DNA of 64,000 nt from the human T2T-CHM13v2.0 reference genome, Homo sapiens. Position numbers and translations under genes: made by a program. The DNA is taken from assembly GCF_009914755.1 (NCBI RefSeq), contig NC_060935.1. One strand, 5' to 3'. Positions 58,566 through 64,000 of this stretch are shown in pieces; position 1 is the stretch's first letter; each line of letters begins with the position of its first letter. The notes under the pieces were generated by a model, which was not told where the DNA came from, ran no database searches, and worked only from the letters and a program-made list of their open reading frames with translations.

Positions 58566-59729
58566 GTAATGCCTGATTGGAACCCCAAAATTCTCCTGCT
58601 CCTTGTGGGACAGCAACAGGTTTCAAGTGGAACTCCACTTGATTAGCAGTGGCTGCCTAGAGAACCTTGTGGAGAAAGCAAGTCTGTATTCCATGGGAAA
58701 TACTGCCGTGATTGATTAGAAATGTCTGTTACAGACATGGGATTGGAGAATGCTGAGTTGTATGCTAGGTATTTACTAACCGTGCTCTAATATTTGCCTC
58801 TGCTTAGGGTGGCTTTATTTGCTTTTTGTGGAGAGTGAAGATTCTCTTTGGAAATAACTATTTGGAAGTAGGGGGAGTGAGTTTCCAATCTGAACGTTTT
58901 CAAGGCTTAGAGAATCGTTATTTAAGAGCAGGGTCAGGGGTTGTAAGATTGGCAATTGGAAAAGTAAGATGCCTATTATGGAGCCAACCAAGAGCATCTT
59001 TCTGAAATTATTATATGCCTGCCCAATCCTCAGCTTAAATATTCACATCACTACTGTTGTATTACATCTTGAAAAAAAATTAAAATACGAATGTAAGGTA
59101 TGATTTTATAGCATGTTAAAAATGTGATGAAACAGATCAAGTCTATACAATCAAGTTATTAAAACCCAAATATACCAAAATAATAGTTTAAATTGCCAAT
59201 TATCAGTTTTTAATCATGGATAAAATTTGTAGAATGGATCTTGATCTGTAACTCTCCTTTTCCTTTTAGGTTTTCTTGTAAAGCATTTCTCACCTGTCTT
59301 TCTAATGAGTAGAACCCATATTTTGTGACAATGAAAGTATGAGTGATGACGTGGAAAATAGGTTCCAAAGGAGAAGTGGACTCATTTGGCTTAGAGAAAA
59401 GGAGAGGAAAGGGCAGTTGGGGATTTCAATTTTCTCAGTGATTTGGGAAGGCAGGTAAAAGTCAGTGAGATTAATGCCAGGGAGATTTTAGTTGTGTCTA
59501 GGAAGAGTGCTTGGCCAACATGGTGATAAAGGACTGAGGAGACACAGGAAATAATGTTGAGTGGCAGGCTAACAAATCTACTCCTGGTATATCGTGGAGC
59601 AGACTTCTCTGAGGACCTAGGCCAAGTGTGGACAGAGACTTGAGCACGCAGCAGTAGCAAGAAGGAATTGGTTGGCACAAAAAGAAAATAAAGCAAAAGT
59701 AAAACCAAAGTCCATATGTATGCAGTTAG

Positions 59730-60121
<392 letters not shown>

Positions 60122-60146
60122 GATCATCCTTCTTAAACAGAATTCT

Positions 60147-60439
<293 letters not shown>

Positions 60440-61085
60440 TCCACCCATGGAGAAATTTTGATGGGGTAGAGGAGCACATGAGGGACTGTTTTGCGTAACG
60501 AAGAAAAACCATCAAAGGGGAAAGTCAGTTACTACTGCCTCTTTATTTCTGCTTTTAGTTGCTTTTGTCTTCCTCTTTGTCTCCACTCCCTCTCCTGCCC
60601 TTAACTCTCCAGAGGCTTCTGGCCTCCTGGGATAGTTCATTGTAAGTCCTCTCAACTCTCTGCTGTTGTTAGCTGATAACCAGCAACTTAATGGTTGATC
60701 TGCCTCTCAAATACTGTCTCCCAGGAGCTCAACAGGTAGAGGTGTAATCCACGTGGGAAAGCAGTCAACAGAGAGGCTTTGGAGCCACTGTCTGCTGGCT
60801 GTGTGACCTTCGGCAAGTTCTCTGTGGGCTTGGGTGGTTGAGGCTGGGGAGGGGTAGGGTCAGACTGTTGTGAAGGCACAAGTCGCGGCTTTTTATTTAG
60901 TAGAGAACGACAAGCCAGCAGAAGTCTGGAAGCAGGGAATGCCAGGATGGGGTGAACTGCAGCATACAGGCAGAGAACGCAAGGTGTCACTTTTCTTTTG
61001 TGTACCTCCTGCCATACCAGCTTCCAAGTTGGGCCTCCAGGAACTCCAGGAACCTGCTGATCGGCATTTGCTCTCCTCTCCTCAG

Positions 61086-61227
61086 GGCTTCAGACAAGCT
61101 GTTTCTCCTAGACCAGTGTGAGAAGTATCGGCGCTGCAAGCAATGCCAGAGGCGCACCTCCAACGTGGGCGAGAGCAACCTGTGGCCCCTGAACAAGTTC
61201 CTGCCTGGCTCCCGGTTGCTTGTGTAA
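61086..61227 (+). CDS. CCDC81: CCDC81 exon 15, coding part (ASDKLFLLDQCEKYRRCKQC...SRLLV*)
   Basis: acceptor cctcag|G; TAA at 61225-61227; end of ORF 60952..61227. Confidence 0.95.
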
Positions 61228-61597
61228 AACTCAAAGTTTGGCTCTTCGTTTCCTGGGGAAAGTTTTTATCTTTTACATGTTTGGGGGTGATTGTGAAACT
61301 GCGTATTTTTACCTCAGAGAAAAAAATCATTGTTTAGGTTTGGTGCTTTCATTAGATTGCTTGTTAAGCCCTTATTGAATTCACTCCTGCTTTCCTCCCA
61401 CCCCCAATTATTTCCTATACTAGTTTCTGATGGCAGTGAAGGTGTCTGAATGGTCCTGAGGGCTAGAACCTGCTGCACAGGGGCTGGGAATGGGATCCAG
61501 CTTCATTATGGCTGCTGGGGTGCTGCTGACCCAGCCCTGCTGCTGCTCCATGACTTTGTGTACAAAACTTTTTTCATCTGTAATGAATAGTGGCAAT

Positions 61598-61603
61598 AAT
61601 AAA
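61598..61603 (+). terminator. CCDC81: Polyadenylation signal AATAAA of CCDC81 (3' UTR about 390 nt)
   Basis: first canonical AATAAA downstream of the stop codon. Confidence 0.8.
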
Positions 61604-62009
61604 TATTTTTTAAGCGCCTGACTGTGCATGACAATTCATAATGGTACATTTTACCCCTCCCTCTTCCCCCAGTCCTAGACTTTTCCAGAGGGGTATATGT
61701 GTGAATATCACAGAGATGGGTTAGACTATTTACCCCCAGGAGGCCAGAACAATGCTCCCTGAGTTTTCTCATTGATGACATACCTGGGACTTTAGTGGGC
61801 CTTCCCAAGATATCATTCCCTTGTCCAGCTATTTCTACACCCTTGGAGTAACTGTGCACTGTGAGGTGAGTCTCCCACTACTTCACTTGCATTCATTCTT
61901 AAGCTGTAGGTGCTGTTCAAGAGGACTTAACTCCCTGTCAGAGGACTGACTTTCAGTTAAGGTATGGCTGTTCTCAACTAAAAACTTTCTTCGTTTATCT
62001 TCATACTTT

Positions 62010-62558
62010 TGTAATGCCCAACCTTGTTTTTACTAACCCTGTTTTTAGACTCTCCCTTTTCCTTTAATCACCTAGCCTTGTTTCCACGTGAATTGACTCT
62101 CCCTTAGCTAAGAGAGCCAGACAGACTCTATCTTGGCTCTTTCACTGGCAGCCCCTTCCTGAAGGACTTAACTTGTGCAAGCTGCACATCCAAGAATGCA
62201 ATTAACTGATAAGATACTGTGGCGAGCAATATCCACAATTCCCAGGAATTCGTCTGACTGATAACGCCCAAAGCCCTGAGTCTATCACCTTGTAATAGTC
62301 TTAAAGCCCCTGCACCTGGAACTGTTTACTTTCCTGTAACCATTTATCCTTTTAGCTTTTTGCCTACTTTATTTCTGTAAAATTGTTTTAACTAGACCCC
62401 CTTCCCCTTTCTAAACCAAAGTATAAAAGAAAATCTAGCCCCTTCTTCGGGGCTGAGAGAACTTTGAGCGTTAGCCGTCTCTTGGCCACTGGCTAAATAA
62501 ACCGACTCTTAATTTGTCTCAAAGTGTGGCGTTTTCTCTAACTTGCTCAGGTACAACA
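62010..62558 (+). mobile_element. ERV1 solo LTR, LTR6 family (HERVS71)
   Basis: TGTAATGCCCAACC...GGTACAACA; perfect TSD cttt; TATAAAA ~62422 and AATAAA ~62495. Confidence 0.85.
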
Positions 62559-63061
62559 CTTTCTTCTCCTCTCCCTGCCCTGTCTGACCAATTGAAGTAA
62601 AACAGAGTGAAGTCTAGATTTCTGAAATACAAAAGCTAAGAAGGATGTCTTTTAGACTATTTGCTTTCTGCCCGCCACATCTCTCCCTTGGGAAATAAGG
62701 GAAAGTTTTTGTGGGAAGATGTTTGTGAACATTTAAACTTTCATTTTGCCCTACAAATACAAAATAGGAATGTGTTGAGCCCTGAATAATTGTGGAGAAA
62801 ATATTCACTCAAGCTGATATTGGGCAAATTTTGTTGCTAATGTTATCTTTTTCTATGAAAACAAGCATACCTGCTGATGATCACAATTTTTTGGAACGTC
62901 TTCCCTAATCTTTCTCCGTTTCTGCCTTTCATTTCCTCAAAAAATCATTCTATGGAGGGCCAATCATCATTAACCAATATTTAAAACAATAGGCTTTCCC
63001 CAAGACTGCCTGACCTGCCTGAATCTATATCTGCTGCACCCTTGAAGTAATTTGTTTCTAA

Positions 63062-63474
<413 letters not shown>

Positions 63475-63797
63475 TTAACTTCATAGACCTTTTCACTGGA
63501 GGAATTGAACTTACAATTTACTGTCATAGGTAGCAGTCAGTACTACAGTCAGACCCTTTAAAAACTATTTTTAAAAATTATATATTGACAAATTATTTGT
63601 AATATTTATGTTGTATATATTTATGGGGTATAAAGTGATATTGTGATTTTTGAATACAATGTGGAATAATTAAATCAAGTGAATTAAAATGTCCATCACC
63701 TTATTTAACTTTTTGTGATAAGAATATTTAAAATTTATTCTTTTAGTGATATTGACATGTACAGTGCTCATTATATTCACCACACTGTGCAACAGAT

Positions 63798-64000
63798 CTC
63801 AAAAATATATCAAAGTTGGCTTGGCGTGGTGGCTCATGCCTGTAATCCCAGCACTTTCGGAGGCCGAGGCAGGCAGATCACCTGAGGTGAGGAGTTCGAG
63901 ACGAGCCTAGCCAACATGGTGAAACTCTGTCTCTACTAAAAATACAAAAAATTAGCTGGGCGTTGTGGCATGCACCTGTAGTCCCAGCTACTCAAGAAGC
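63798..64000 (+). mobile_element. AluS, truncated by window end
   Basis: left arm and part of right arm. Confidence 0.9.

Overview
Primate (almost certainly human) genomic DNA containing the complete CCDC81 gene on the + strand. I assembled 15 coding exons by hand (ATG 13658 to TAA 61227). All junctions are GT-AG and phase-compatible, giving 1959 nt = 652 aa + stop. The protein has two N-terminal HU/IHF-like domains and a long coiled-coil tail. A CpG-rich promoter with several RFX X-box-like motifs lies at ~13.1-13.9 kb and a poly(A) signal at 61598. Most of the remainder is interspersed repeat: about 25 Alus, old L1M relics, one internal L1PA ORF2 fragment, L2/MIR, MaLR and ERV1 solo LTRs, and hAT/mariner relics. 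Repeat subfamily names are from recall and boundaries without TSDs are approximate. I found no evidence of a wholly new gene system. The observations least explained by ordinary annotation are: a ~120-bp diverged inverted repeat bracketing inverted Alus in intron 6; a 138-bp AT-rich hairpin in intron 13; a tail-less, TSD-less L1PA fragment at a gap in an older L1; a C-x2-H-x7-C-x2-C motif split over exons 8/9; an in-frame exon-3-short/exon-4-skip route; and two convergent solo LTRs flanking exon 11.
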